The notes under the pieces are model-generated. The model did not search any database, was not told the origin of the DNA, and saw nothing but the letters and a program-made list of their open reading frames with translations. Position numbers and translations under genes: made by a program. A stretch of DNA of 64,000 nucleotides, from assembly GCA_963719225.1 (NCBI GenBank), contig CAVRAY010000001.1, positions 2,528,001 through 2,592,000 on the forward strand, given 5' to 3'. The number at the start of each line of letters is the position of its first letter. Positions within the stretch are counted from its first letter, which is position 1. This DNA comes from Thermoanaerobaculia bacterium (lineage in GTDB: Bacteria > Acidobacteriota > Thermoanaerobaculia > UBA5066). This document shows positions 18,959 through 27,923 of the stretch, one piece after another.

Positions 18959-20310
18959 AGCCCGGGGCCTTCGCTGATCATCGCGAGGTCCGAGAAGCGC
19001 GTGTACTCGCCCGACCAGCCGAGCGTGAAACGGTCGGTCGGGCCGTTGCGCTGCTTGGCGATGATCACGTCGCAGATGTTCTTTTTCTCCGTGTCCGGGT
19101 CGTAATACTCGGGCCGCGACAGGAAGAGGACGACGTCGGCATCCTGCTCGATGGCGCCCGACTCGCGGAGGTCCGAGAGGACAGGCTCCTTTTCGGAGCC
19201 GCGCTGTTCGGTGCGCCGCGAAAGCTGCGAGAGCGCGATGACGGGGACATCGAGCTCCTTGGCGAGAGCCTTGAGGCCTCGCGAGAAGGCGCTGACCTCC
19301 TGCGTGCGGTTCTCCACCTTGCCGCGGGAGCCCATGATCTGGAGGTAATCCACGAAAAGCGCGTCGAGGCCGTGCCTCTGCTTGAGCTGGAGCGCCCGCG
19401 CCCGCATCTCGAGAAGCGTCGCGGCCGGAGAGTCGTCCACGAAGAGCTGCGCTTCGCGCATCTGCTGCGTCGAGAAGAAGAGCGCTTTCTTCTCCTCCTT
19501 CGAGAGACGGCCCTCGCGCAGGCGCTGCAGGTTCACCCGCGACTCGGCACACTGAATGCGGAAGCCGAGCTGCTGCGCGGACATCTCGAGCGAGAAGAAA
19601 CCGACGACGAACTTCTGGTGGATCGTCAGGTAGGACGCGATGTTCAGGGCGAACGCCGTCTTCCCCATGCCCGGCCGGGCCGCGACGACGATCAGGTCGG
19701 TCTTCTGGAAGCCCTGTGTCAGGGCGTTCAGCCGCGTGAAGCCCGTGGGCAGCCCCGTCAGCATCGTGCCGCGCCCGTGGATCTTCTGGATCTCCTCCTC
19801 GTTCCTCTCCGCGATGCGCGAGAGCTTCACGAAGCCGCCCTTGATGGAGCCCTTCGCGATCTCGACGAGGTCGCGCTGCGCGTTCTCGAGGACGGTCTCG
19901 GCATCGGGGGCCGTCACGGCGTCGCGGATCGCGCGGCGGGACTGGAAGATGACGAGCCGCCGGAGGGAAGACTCGCGCACGAGGCGCGCGTAGCTCTCGA
20001 CGTTCTCGACGTCCGGCACGCGGTCCACGAGCGACGAGAGGACCGCCGCGCCGCCCGCCCGCTCGAGCCGCCCGGTCTTCTCGAGCTCGCTCTGCACCGT
20101 GACGAGGTCCACGCCCTCGCGCCGGTCCGCGAGCGCGAGGCACGACTCGTAGACGAGCCGGTGCGCCTCGCTCGCGAAGTCCTCCGGCACCAGGAATTCC
20201 ATGACGCGCGACAGCAGGGAGCCGTCGATCAGGATCGCCCCCAGAAGGCTGCGCTCGGCGTCGGGCCGCGCGGGAAGAACCTCGGAATCGACGGGGGCGA
20301 GGGTGGACAT
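18955..20310 (-). CDS. dnaB: Replicative DNA helicase
   Basis: AERSLLGAIL, AARPGMGKT, FSLEMS, VDYLQIM, LSQLSR, SDLRESGAIEQDAD, KQRNGP. No intein. Confidence 0.97.
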   Translation of the reverse strand: MSTLAPVDSEVLPARPDAERSLLGAILIDGSLLSRVMEFLVPEDFASEAHRLVYESCLALADRREGVDLVTVQSELEKTGRLERAGGAAVLSSLVDRVPDVENVESYARLVRESSLRRLVIFQSRRAIRDAVTAPDAETVLENAQRDLVEIAKGSIKGGFVKLSRIAERNEEEIQKIHGRGTMLTGLPTGFTRLNALTQGFQKTDLIVVAARPGMGKTAFALNIASYLTIHQKFVVGFFSLEMSAQQLGFRIQCAESRVNLQRLREGRLSKEEKKALFFSTQQMREAQLFVDDSPAATLLEMRARALQLKQRHGLDALFVDYLQIMGSRGKVENRTQEVSAFSRGLKALAKELDVPVIALSQLSRRTEQRGSEKEPVLSDLRESGAIEQDADVVLFLSRPEYYDPDTEKKNICDVIIAKQRNGPTDRFTLGWSGEYTRFSDLAMISEGPGL

Positions 20311-20394
20311 CGGGGGCGCCTGTTTTATCTCAGTTCAGGTCCCTCGCGCGAGAGGGTTGGTGCTACGTCGGCGGATCCTGGCGCCACATCCAGG

Positions 20395-21270
20395 TCAGCG
20401 CGGAGAAAGATCCAGCGGAGTGCGGCCGGCCTCGTCCCGGCGCTTCGAGGCCGCGGCGACCATCCGGCTCCAGTTTTTCTCGTCGAGCCGGCAGGCCCCG
20501 ATGCGCTTTCGGCCTTCCGGCGGGCCGTGGTAGTCCGAGCCGGCCGACTTCAGGAGGCCTTCCCGTTCGGCGAGCTGCCCGAACGCATTCTCTTTTTGCC
20601 CGTCCTGGTCGGAATGGATGACCTCGAGCCCGTCGAGTCCCGCGGCGACGCCGAGCGTAACCACCGTTTCCGGGTCGCGGTACCAGATCGGATGCGCGAT
20701 GACCGAGAGACCTCCGGCCTTGCGGATGGCGGCGATCGCCTCTTCGAGAGTCCACTTGGGCTTGGGCACGTAGGCCGGCTTGCCGCGCACGAGGAAGCGC
20801 TCGAAGGCCTCGTCGAGGGACTTCACGTAGCCCTTCGCGACCATGGCGCGCGCGATGTGCGGGCGGCCGAAGGCGCCGTCCGCGACGACGGCGCGGATCT
20901 CGGCCATGTCGAGCGGCATCCCGAGGGCGCCGAGCTTCTCCACCATCGCCTCACCGCGCGTGTCCCGCTCCTGGCGGAACACCGCCAGACGGGCCTCGAG
21001 CTCGGGCTCTTCCGGATCGAGAAAAAGGCCGAGGACGTGGACGTCGTCGCCGTTGCAGCGCGTCGAGAGCTCGCTGGCGGTCACGGTGACGAGGCCCGTA
21101 CCCCTCGCGGCGGCCTCGAACTCGGGCAGACCGTGAACGGCGTCGTGATCCGAGAGCGCGAGCACGGAAAGGCCCGCCTCGACGCCCCGGGCCACGAGCT
21201 GCGCCGGAGGCTCGAGGCCGTCCGAGAACGTGGAGTGGCAGTGCAGATCGGCGCCTCGGAACTCGGCCAT
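20395..21270 (-). CDS. PHP-domain phosphoesterase (TrpH/YciV-like)
   Basis: DLHCHSTFSDG, LSDHD, GRPHIA, AHP, GSDYHG. Start MAEFRG. Confidence 0.92.
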   Translation of the reverse strand: MAEFRGADLHCHSTFSDGLEPPAQLVARGVEAGLSVLALSDHDAVHGLPEFEAAARGTGLVTVTASELSTRCNGDDVHVLGLFLDPEEPELEARLAVFRQERDTRGEAMVEKLGALGMPLDMAEIRAVVADGAFGRPHIARAMVAKGYVKSLDEAFERFLVRGKPAYVPKPKWTLEEAIAAIRKAGGLSVIAHPIWYRDPETVVTLGVAAGLDGLEVIHSDQDGQKENAFGQLAEREGLLKSAGSDYHGPPEGRKRIGACRLDEKNWSRMVAAASKRRDEAGRTPLDLSPR

Positions 21271-21276
21271 CCGAGG

Positions 21277-21303
21277 ATGGTAGCAGCGGGGCTCCTGTAA
21301 CCT
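21277..21303. promoter_or_regulatory. Back-to-back -10 boxes (TACCAT minus, TAACCT plus) for divergent genes
   Basis: TACCAT-N6-ATG(21270) and TAACCT-N7-GTG(21311) within a 40-bp intergenic gap. Confidence 0.55.
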
Positions 21304-21310
21304 CGCCGCC

Positions 21311-23017
21311 GTGAGACCACGCCGTTCCGTCTTCGCCGCGTCTCTCCTCGCGGCCGGCCTTTTCGCGGCTGCCTGCTCGATTCGCGAGCGCGCGCACACG
21401 GCCGCCGAGCGCGTCTCGCCGGATCCCGGGGTATCCGTCTGCGTGCTCTTCTTCGACGGTCTCTCGGACGAGGCCTTCTCGCGGCTCGTCCTCGAAGGCG
21501 CGCTGCCGAACATCACGGCCCGCATCGTGGACCGCGGCCTGAGGGTCCAGACGGCCGTGGCTTCGGTTCCGAGCGAGACCTACCCCAACCTCGCCTCCCT
21601 CGAGACGGGCCTCCTTCCCGGTCATCACGGGATTCCCGCGAACATCTGGCTCGACCGGAGGCTCCACGTCCGCGAAGCGCACACGAACATCCTGGGCGTC
21701 TTCTCTTCGACCGACTACCTCGCGCCCGAGGCGCGAACGCTCTTCGAGCGGCTTTCGGACGACACCGTCGCCATCACCGCGCCGATCGCCCGCGGCGCCA
21801 CCATCCACGCGCGGAACCGGATCTCGCTCGTCGCCTCGTACGCCCGCAACGACTGGGCGTTCCTGGACCGCAAGACGCTCGACGACGTCGGCGACGCGTA
21901 CTCCGGCGCCGCCGCGGCGAAGCGCGTGCCGCGTCTCGTCTGGGCGCACTTCGTCGGCACGGACGAGGTCGCCCACGTGAGCGGGCCCGAGAGCAAGGAG
22001 TTCCGGGCGGAGATGGTCGAGATCGATCGCGCCTTCGGGCGCCTCCTGCGCCGCCTCGGGCGGCGCCACCTCGACGAGAGGGTCCTGTTCGTCCTCGTCA
22101 GCGACCACGGGAACCGCTCCTACGGGACGTTCGTCGACGCGAACGAGCTCGTGAACCGCGCTCTCCTGGCGAACCCCACGGAGGCGGACTGCAGCGACGG
22201 GCGCTGCGTCCTCGTCCCGGCCACGCGGAAAGAGAAGGCCTACGACGTGGGCGACGCCATGATCGCCGTCGGCGCCTACCGGGGCGTCATGATCTGGCTC
22301 CCCGCGAACCGGCTGCCCGAGGAGGTGCCGAGCGCGTTCAGCGCCCCGCGGCGCAGGAGGAAACCGCGCCCGCCGAGCAGCGCACCGCTGAAGACGCCGG
22401 AAACGTCGCTTTTTGCCGCGACGCTCGCGCGCGCGACCGAGGTCAGGCTCGTCGTCGCGCGCGGCGCCCTTCCCGGAACGGTCGCTCTCTACGGTCCCGC
22501 CGGACGGGCCGAGATCGTGCGCGAGGACCGCGAAGGCCTCGAGGCGCTCTATCTCTACCGAGTCCTGGAGGGAGAGGACCCCCTCGGCTACTCCAAATCC
22601 GCTGCCGCGCCGCTCGTCGGCGCGGCTCACGAGGCCGACGAATGGCTCGAGGGAACGGCGGAGACGGAGTATCCCGATCTCGTCGTCCAGCTTCCGGAGT
22701 TCTTCGACTCGCCGCGCTCCCCCGACGTCTTCGTGTCTCCGAAGAACGGATATGGCTTCACGAAGGGCTACGTCGCGGGCCACGGCTCGCTCTCGAGGAG
22801 CGAGACGGTCGTTCCGTTCCTGTTCGCGGGCCCCGGCGTGTCTCCCGGCATCCTCCGCGCGGCGCGGACGGTCGACCTCGCGCCCACGATCCTGTCCTAC
22901 CTCGGTCTCGCTTACGACCCGGACGAGATGGACGGCGAGGACCTCGAGATCGCGCCGCACGGCGTTCCCCCGGCGGCGCCCATCCTCGCCACACCCTCCG
23001 GCGAAGGCGACGACTGA
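21311..23017 (+). CDS. Alkaline phosphatase/nucleotide pyrophosphatase family lipoprotein
   Basis: Lipobox FAAAC, FFDGL, PSETYPN, DEVAH, VSDHG, GHGSL. Confidence 0.88.
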   Translation: MRPRRSVFAASLLAAGLFAAACSIRERAHTAAERVSPDPGVSVCVLFFDGLSDEAFSRLVLEGALPNITARIVDRGLRVQTAVASVPSETYPNLASLETGLLPGHHGIPANIWLDRRLHVREAHTNILGVFSSTDYLAPEARTLFERLSDDTVAITAPIARGATIHARNRISLVASYARNDWAFLDRKTLDDVGDAYSGAAAAKRVPRLVWAHFVGTDEVAHVSGPESKEFRAEMVEIDRAFGRLLRRLGRRHLDERVLFVLVSDHGNRSYGTFVDANELVNRALLANPTEADCSDGRCVLVPATRKEKAYDVGDAMIAVGAYRGVMIWLPANRLPEEVPSAFSAPRRRRKPRPPSSAPLKTPETSLFAATLARATEVRLVVARGALPGTVALYGPAGRAEIVREDREGLEALYLYRVLEGEDPLGYSKSAAAPLVGAAHEADEWLEGTAETEYPDLVVQLPEFFDSPRSPDVFVSPKNGYGFTKGYVAGHGSLSRSETVVPFLFAGPGVSPGILRAARTVDLAPTILSYLGLAYDPDEMDGEDLEIAPHGVPPAAPILATPSGEGDD

Positions 23018-23022
23018 TGCCT

Positions 23023-23958
23023 CTAAGGCACCGGCACCAAGGGCGAGTCGAACTTGACCGTCCGAGCGCAATCGTACGACCAGTGTCGCTTGGCCACGGT
23101 CTCCACGATCCTCCGTCCTTTCTCCCCCGGAGGCTTGTCGAACCTCACCACCGATCCGATGAAATCCATCGACAGGGAGACTCGCTGTCCAACGACCAAA
23201 TCACCCTCCAGGCCCGGTCGGTCTGCACCGATGTATTGGTCGCCTGTCAGCGGGCCGCCCACGTATTCGTCGCGTTCCGCCCCCAATCGATAGTAGCCGT
23301 TCTCGCGATGTCCATAAAAACGGTCTCCGACTGGATCCACGATGCCGTCCTCTTTCCAGAACCTTTGCAAGCCAGGCGGCAGTCCGGGTACGGGAAAGGC
23401 CGTCGGCGGAACCTGGTGCGATGCTCCGGTCGGAGTCCAGGTTTCGCCGCTCCATGCGCCCTCACGAATGAAAGCGCTTCCCCGGATCTCCTGACGATAT
23501 TCGTACAGCGAGGGATCCGGCAGCTTCGGATTCAGCTTGAGATCGATCGTGAAATAAGCCGCCATCTCGAACCTGCCGCGACGGGTGGGATGCGGACGCA
23601 TCTCCATTGGAAGAACGGTCGTGTGCAGGAATCGGACGAGGGGCGGGATGGCGGGCATGTAGATGACGCCCGGCTTGGCGCCCGGAAAGCGATAATTCTT
23701 GCCGTCGAGCGTAACGGCGGTGCACCCGCAGTTCCGTTCCAGGTAGAAGTTGACCACTTCGGGAATCGTCGTCTTGTAGTTAAACCGGATAAGGTCGAGC
23801 GCCGCCATTCCGCAGGCCGTGGCCACCGATTCCCAGTTCCAGTCGTTCCCGTGCTTGTCCTTGCCCCCGACGTAGAGCGGAACTCCCCCAGGCGGCACAT
23901 AGGACTGTCCGACGTCGGGAATCTTGGCCTCGGCCGGTGTCTGGATCTTCACGGCCAT
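23023..23958 (-). CDS. Hypothetical protein: LysM-like N-terminal domain plus uncharacterised toxin-like C-terminal domain
   Basis: 311 aa, GGGGAGG SD, visibly lower GC than neighbours, WESVATACGMAALDLIRFN...VIYMP. Confidence 0.75.
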   Translation of the reverse strand: MAVKIQTPAEAKIPDVGQSYVPPGGVPLYVGGKDKHGNDWNWESVATACGMAALDLIRFNYKTTIPEVVNFYLERNCGCTAVTLDGKNYRFPGAKPGVIYMPAIPPLVRFLHTTVLPMEMRPHPTRRGRFEMAAYFTIDLKLNPKLPDPSLYEYRQEIRGSAFIREGAWSGETWTPTGASHQVPPTAFPVPGLPPGLQRFWKEDGIVDPVGDRFYGHRENGYYRLGAERDEYVGGPLTGDQYIGADRPGLEGDLVVGQRVSLSMDFIGSVVRFDKPPGEKGRRIVETVAKRHWSYDCARTVKFDSPLVPVP

Positions 23959-24024
23959 ACGAGCCTCCCCCGCGATCCCGCGTATTTTGCGCCTCGAGGG
24001 TGCTGTGTTTGTTGCTGCACGCGG

Positions 24025-25479
24025 CTAGCGCGGGACGCGCCGGACGCGCACCGTGTTCGTCGCGCCCGCAGCCGGGGCGGCCCCCGAGATCTCGACGACG
24101 ACGGCTCCGGCAAGGCCCGGCAGGCGCGACAGGACGGCGTCGCCGGTGCGGATCATGGCCTCGACGCTGCGCGCCAGAGGAACCCGAAAGGACGTGACGT
24201 CCCTGAGAAGGGTGAGCTTCTGCCGGACCGTTTCATGTGCGGTGAACGCGAGAACCGGAATGGAGAGCGGGTTTTTCGACACGAGGCGCGCCGTCCTCCC
24301 GGACTCCGTGTAGACGACCATGGCGGCCGCACGCGCTTCGCGTGCCATCTCCGCGGCCGTACGCGCCACGACGGAGGAAAAATCTCCGCGCGCGGGAGGA
24401 GGCGGCGCGATCCCTGGAGACGCCCCGCCTTCCGGCACCTCGGCGGCGCGCGCGATCTCGGCCATCGCCTCGACGGCCTCGACCGGCCAGAGCCCGACGG
24501 CCGTCTCCCCGGAGAGCATCACGGCGTCCGCGCCGTCGTGCACGGCGCCGGCGACGTCCGACACCTCGGCGCGCGTCGGCGTCGGATTCTCGATCATCGA
24601 CTCGAGCATCTGGGTGGCGACGATGACGGGCACGGCGTGGCGCCGGCCCGCCGCGAGGATCTCCCGCTGGGCGCGGGGGACACTCGCGAGGCCGATCTCG
24701 ACGCCGAGGTCGCCGCGGGCGACCATGAGCGCGTCGGAAGCCGCGGCGAGCTCGTCGAGCGCGGCGAGGGCCTCCTTTCGTTCGATCTTGGAGATGATCC
24801 ACGGGCGACGCTCGGGGGCGACGCGCGCGACGAGCCGACGGAGCTGTCCGATGTGAGCCGCGCTCCGCACGAACGAAAGACCCACGAAGTCCACCCCGGC
24901 CGTGAGGCCCTCCGCGAGGTCCCTCCGGTCTTTTCCCGTCAAAGCGGGAGCCGACAGCGCCGAATTGGGGAAGTTCACGCCTGCACCGCTCTTCACGCGG
25001 CCGCCCACCTCCACGGTCGCGAGAAGCGAGCGCTTCGTGCGCTTCCGGACCCGCAGGCGGATCCGCCCGTCGTCGAGCCGCACGTCCGCGCCCGGTCCGA
25101 CGTCGGCGAGGAGGGCCGGATACGTCACCGCGAGGCGCACGGCGAAACCCGACCCGCCGTCGGAACCGACGCCCGGAAAGAGCTCGACGGTGCGTCCTTT
25201 CGAAAGCGTCGCGGTGCCTTTGGACAGGGTGCCGACGCGGATCTTCGGTCCGCCGAGGTCGAGGAGGACGCCCGTGGGAGACCCCCGCATCCGGGAGACC
25301 CGACGGACGAGCGCCACCCGGCGCGTGATTTCTCCCGGGCGGCAATGCGCGCCGTTCAGGCGCACCACGTCCACGCCCGCGTCGAGGAGCGCCGCGAGCG
25401 CCCCGGTCTTCTCCGCGTTCGAGGCGATCGTCGCGACGATGCGCGTCGCCCGCCCCCGGGCCCGCTTTTCGTGTGCCAT
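24025..25479 (-). CDS. pyk: Pyruvate kinase
   Basis: DLGGPKIR, SFVRS, SKIE, MVARGDLGVE, ATQMLESM, PTRAEVSDV, MLSGETA. Start MAHEK. Confidence 0.95.
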   Translation of the reverse strand: MAHEKRARGRATRIVATIASNAEKTGALAALLDAGVDVVRLNGAHCRPGEITRRVALVRRVSRMRGSPTGVLLDLGGPKIRVGTLSKGTATLSKGRTVELFPGVGSDGGSGFAVRLAVTYPALLADVGPGADVRLDDGRIRLRVRKRTKRSLLATVEVGGRVKSGAGVNFPNSALSAPALTGKDRRDLAEGLTAGVDFVGLSFVRSAAHIGQLRRLVARVAPERRPWIISKIERKEALAALDELAAASDALMVARGDLGVEIGLASVPRAQREILAAGRRHAVPVIVATQMLESMIENPTPTRAEVSDVAGAVHDGADAVMLSGETAVGLWPVEAVEAMAEIARAAEVPEGGASPGIAPPPPARGDFSSVVARTAAEMAREARAAAMVVYTESGRTARLVSKNPLSIPVLAFTAHETVRQKLTLLRDVTSFRVPLARSVEAMIRTGDAVLSRLPGLAGAVVVEISGAAPAAGATNTVRVRRVPR

Positions 25480-25510
25480 CCGCACCCGCCTTCCCCCGTA
25501 TGATGCCCGC

Positions 25511-26137
25511 ATGAGCGATTTCCCCTCCCCGTCTTCCCATGCCGCCATCCTCGAAAACGGCGATCTTCCCGACCCCCGCGTCGACCAGATCGCCGGCCAC
25601 GTGAAGGAGATCATCCGCATCCTCGGGCTCTGCCCCGACCGGGATGCGAACCTCATCAATACCGACCGGCGTGTCGCCCGGATGTATCTCGACATCTTCT
25701 CCGGGCTCGACGAGGGCACCCGGCCGAAGCTCACGACCTTCCCGAACGAAGAGCACTACACGTCGATGGTCATGGAGAAGCAGATCCCCTTCTATTCCAT
25801 GTGCGCCCACCACTTCGTGCCGTTCTACGGGCACGGCCACATCGCCTACATCCCGAACGACACGATCGTCGGCCTGTCGAAGCTGCCGCGGCTCCTGGAG
25901 TTCTACGCGCGGCGTCCGCAGGTCCAGGAGCGGCTCACCGAGCAGGTCGCGGCCGTCCTCGAGGAGGAGCTGAGGCCTCAGGGGGTCATGGTGGTCATCG
26001 AGGCCCGGCATCTCTGCGTCGAGATGCGCGGTGTCAAGAAGCCCGGCGCCGTGACCGTCACGTCGGCGATCCGGGGGATCTTCCTGCAGAAGGCGGTCCG
26101 CGAAGAGTTTCTGGACCTCCTCAGACGTCCGGCCTGA
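25511..26137 (+). CDS. folE: GTP cyclohydrolase I
   Basis: SMCAHHFVPFYG, GLSKLPR, RPQVQERLT, HLCVEMRGV. Preceded by TATGAT-N6-ATG. Confidence 0.95.
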   Translation: MSDFPSPSSHAAILENGDLPDPRVDQIAGHVKEIIRILGLCPDRDANLINTDRRVARMYLDIFSGLDEGTRPKLTTFPNEEHYTSMVMEKQIPFYSMCAHHFVPFYGHGHIAYIPNDTIVGLSKLPRLLEFYARRPQVQERLTEQVAAVLEEELRPQGVMVVIEARHLCVEMRGVKKPGAVTVTSAIRGIFLQKAVREEFLDLLRRPA

Positions 26138-26184
26138 AGAACCTTCCTCTCGCTCGGGCGTCTCACGTTCCGAGGAGGACCTCC

Positions 26185-27075
26185 ATGAGCCGTGCCGCCG
26201 CCGTTCCCGCGCTTCTCGCCGCCCTCGTTCTGTCCCTCCCCGCTGCCGCCGAGCGCACCGTCACGATCGAAGGGAACGACGGGTCGGGCTGTTCGGGCGT
26301 CCACATGCACTTCGGCGACCGGACCACGGCCCGGGGCGAGGAGACGATCACGCTCTCGCGCCGGGACGCGAAGGGGCTCGTTCTCGAGGGCTCGCGGAAC
26401 GGGGGTATCACCGTCCGCGGCGCCGACGTGGGCGAGTTCAAGGTCACGGCATGCACCGCCGCGGCGGGCGACGACGACGCTTCCGCCCGCGCCGTCCTCT
26501 CGAAGGTCGTCCTCCGCTCGTCGGGCGGCCGCGTCACGATCGATGGCCCCGCCGGCGAACACTGGACGGGATTCCTGATCGTGACGGCCCCGAAAGACGC
26601 AGACTTCTCGGTCGATGCCTCGAACGGCCCCGTCTCGTTGACCGGACTCTCGGGCACTCTCACCGTGAGCACGGAGAATGGGCCGGTTTCGCTTTCGAAC
26701 CTGACGGGCTCTGCCGACGTCGAAGCCGCGAACGGCCCCGTCTCGTTGAAAGGCTCCTCTGGTGACGTGAAGATCCACGCCGTGAACGGCCCCCTCACGA
26801 TCGCCCTCACGGGGACGCGGTGGGAAGGCAAGGGACTCGACGCCACCGCGAAGAACGGCCCGCTCACCCTGAAAGTGCCGGACGGATTCGCTTCGGGCGT
26901 GAGGGTCGAGACCTCCTCGCACTCCCCCTTTACCTGCCGGGGTGCTGCCTGCGAAAGCGCGCGGCGCCAGGACGGAAACCGCACGCGGCTCTTCGAGATC
27001 GGGAACGAGAACGCGACCGTGAGGATCTCGACGGCGAACGGCCCCGTCTCGATCGTCAGCGCGAACCGCTCCTGA
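26185..27075 (+). CDS. Secreted DUF4097/adhesin-like beta-helix repeat protein
   Basis: Signal peptide, repeated xxNGPVSL units, GAGGAGG SD. Confidence 0.85.
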   Translation: MSRAAAVPALLAALVLSLPAAAERTVTIEGNDGSGCSGVHMHFGDRTTARGEETITLSRRDAKGLVLEGSRNGGITVRGADVGEFKVTACTAAAGDDDASARAVLSKVVLRSSGGRVTIDGPAGEHWTGFLIVTAPKDADFSVDASNGPVSLTGLSGTLTVSTENGPVSLSNLTGSADVEAANGPVSLKGSSGDVKIHAVNGPLTIALTGTRWEGKGLDATAKNGPLTLKVPDGFASGVRVETSSHSPFTCRGAACESARRQDGNRTRLFEIGNENATVRISTANGPVSIVSANRS

Positions 27076-27817
27076 GCCTGACGGCCGCCTCGAGGCCTCG
27101 GAGGGTCCGCACCCCGTGCCAGCAGAAGTCGTCGCCCGACACGAGGACGACGCGCGCCGTGGCGGGCAGCCGCTCGCGCCAGAACGCGGCGTCGCGCTCG
27201 CGGAAGCGGTAGGGCTCGTCGGGGAGGATCAGGACGTCCGGACGCGCAGCCACGATCGCATCCACGTCCGTCACCGGATAGTCAGACCCTTCGCCGTTTA
27301 TTTCTTCGAATGAGGAAGAGCCGCCGACTCGGCGAAGCAAATCCGCGATGTACGTGCGGGGGCCGACGGTCATCCAGGGGTCCTTCCAGATCAGATAGAC
27401 GTACCGAAAGCGCGGCGCCGACGCACCGCGCAGGCCCGCCTCGACGCGCTCCAGAGCCGCCTCCACCTTCGTAGAAATCTCTTCCGATTCTTCTCTCTTA
27501 CCCGTCAGCGCACCGAAGTGCCGCAGGAGGCTCGGGACCTCCGCGACGGTCCTCGGGTGCGAGACGTCCACCCGGATCTCTCTTTTGAGCTGATCGATGT
27601 CTTCAGCCCTGTTTTCCTCCCCATTACAGAAGACGAGATCGGGCCTGGCCGCACGGATCGCCGCGAGGTCGGGGTTCTTCGTGCCTCCGACCCGCGGGAG
27701 GCCTTTGAGCGCCTCGCGCGGGTGGATGCAGTAGCGCGTGACGCCGGCGAGGCTCTCGGCGAGGCCCATCGCGACGAGGCTCTCCGTGATCGACGGGCAG
27801 AGCGAGACGATGCGCAC
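27056..27817 (-). CDS. BtuF-like helical-backbone metal/cobalamin-binding protein (no signal peptide)
   Basis: RIVSLCPSITE, GVTRYCIHP, VGGTKNP, EENR, DEPYRF. Confidence 0.88.
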   Translation of the reverse strand: MRIVSLCPSITESLVAMGLAESLAGVTRYCIHPREALKGLPRVGGTKNPDLAAIRAARPDLVFCNGEENRAEDIDQLKREIRVDVSHPRTVAEVPSLLRHFGALTGKREESEEISTKVEAALERVEAGLRGASAPRFRYVYLIWKDPWMTVGPRTYIADLLRRVGGSSSFEEINGEGSDYPVTDVDAIVAARPDVLILPDEPYRFRERDAAFWRERLPATARVVLVSGDDFCWHGVRTLRGLEAAVRLRSGSR

Positions 27818-27923
27818 ACCGCGATTCTTCCATGCGCGCCCGCGCCGCGTTAAGATCGCATCTCATCTTGCCGCGGGCCCGCCAGGGCCGAGGATGGGTC
27901 GCGGCCCCGGAGGAAAAACAAGC

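Noticed and set aside
18955-20310. Intein in DnaB
   Set aside because: Normal length (451 aa) with contiguous motifs.
27818-27923. Cobalamin riboswitch upstream of the BtuF-like gene
   Set aside because: The gap is about 105 bp, is shared with the korA promoter, and shows no B12 box.
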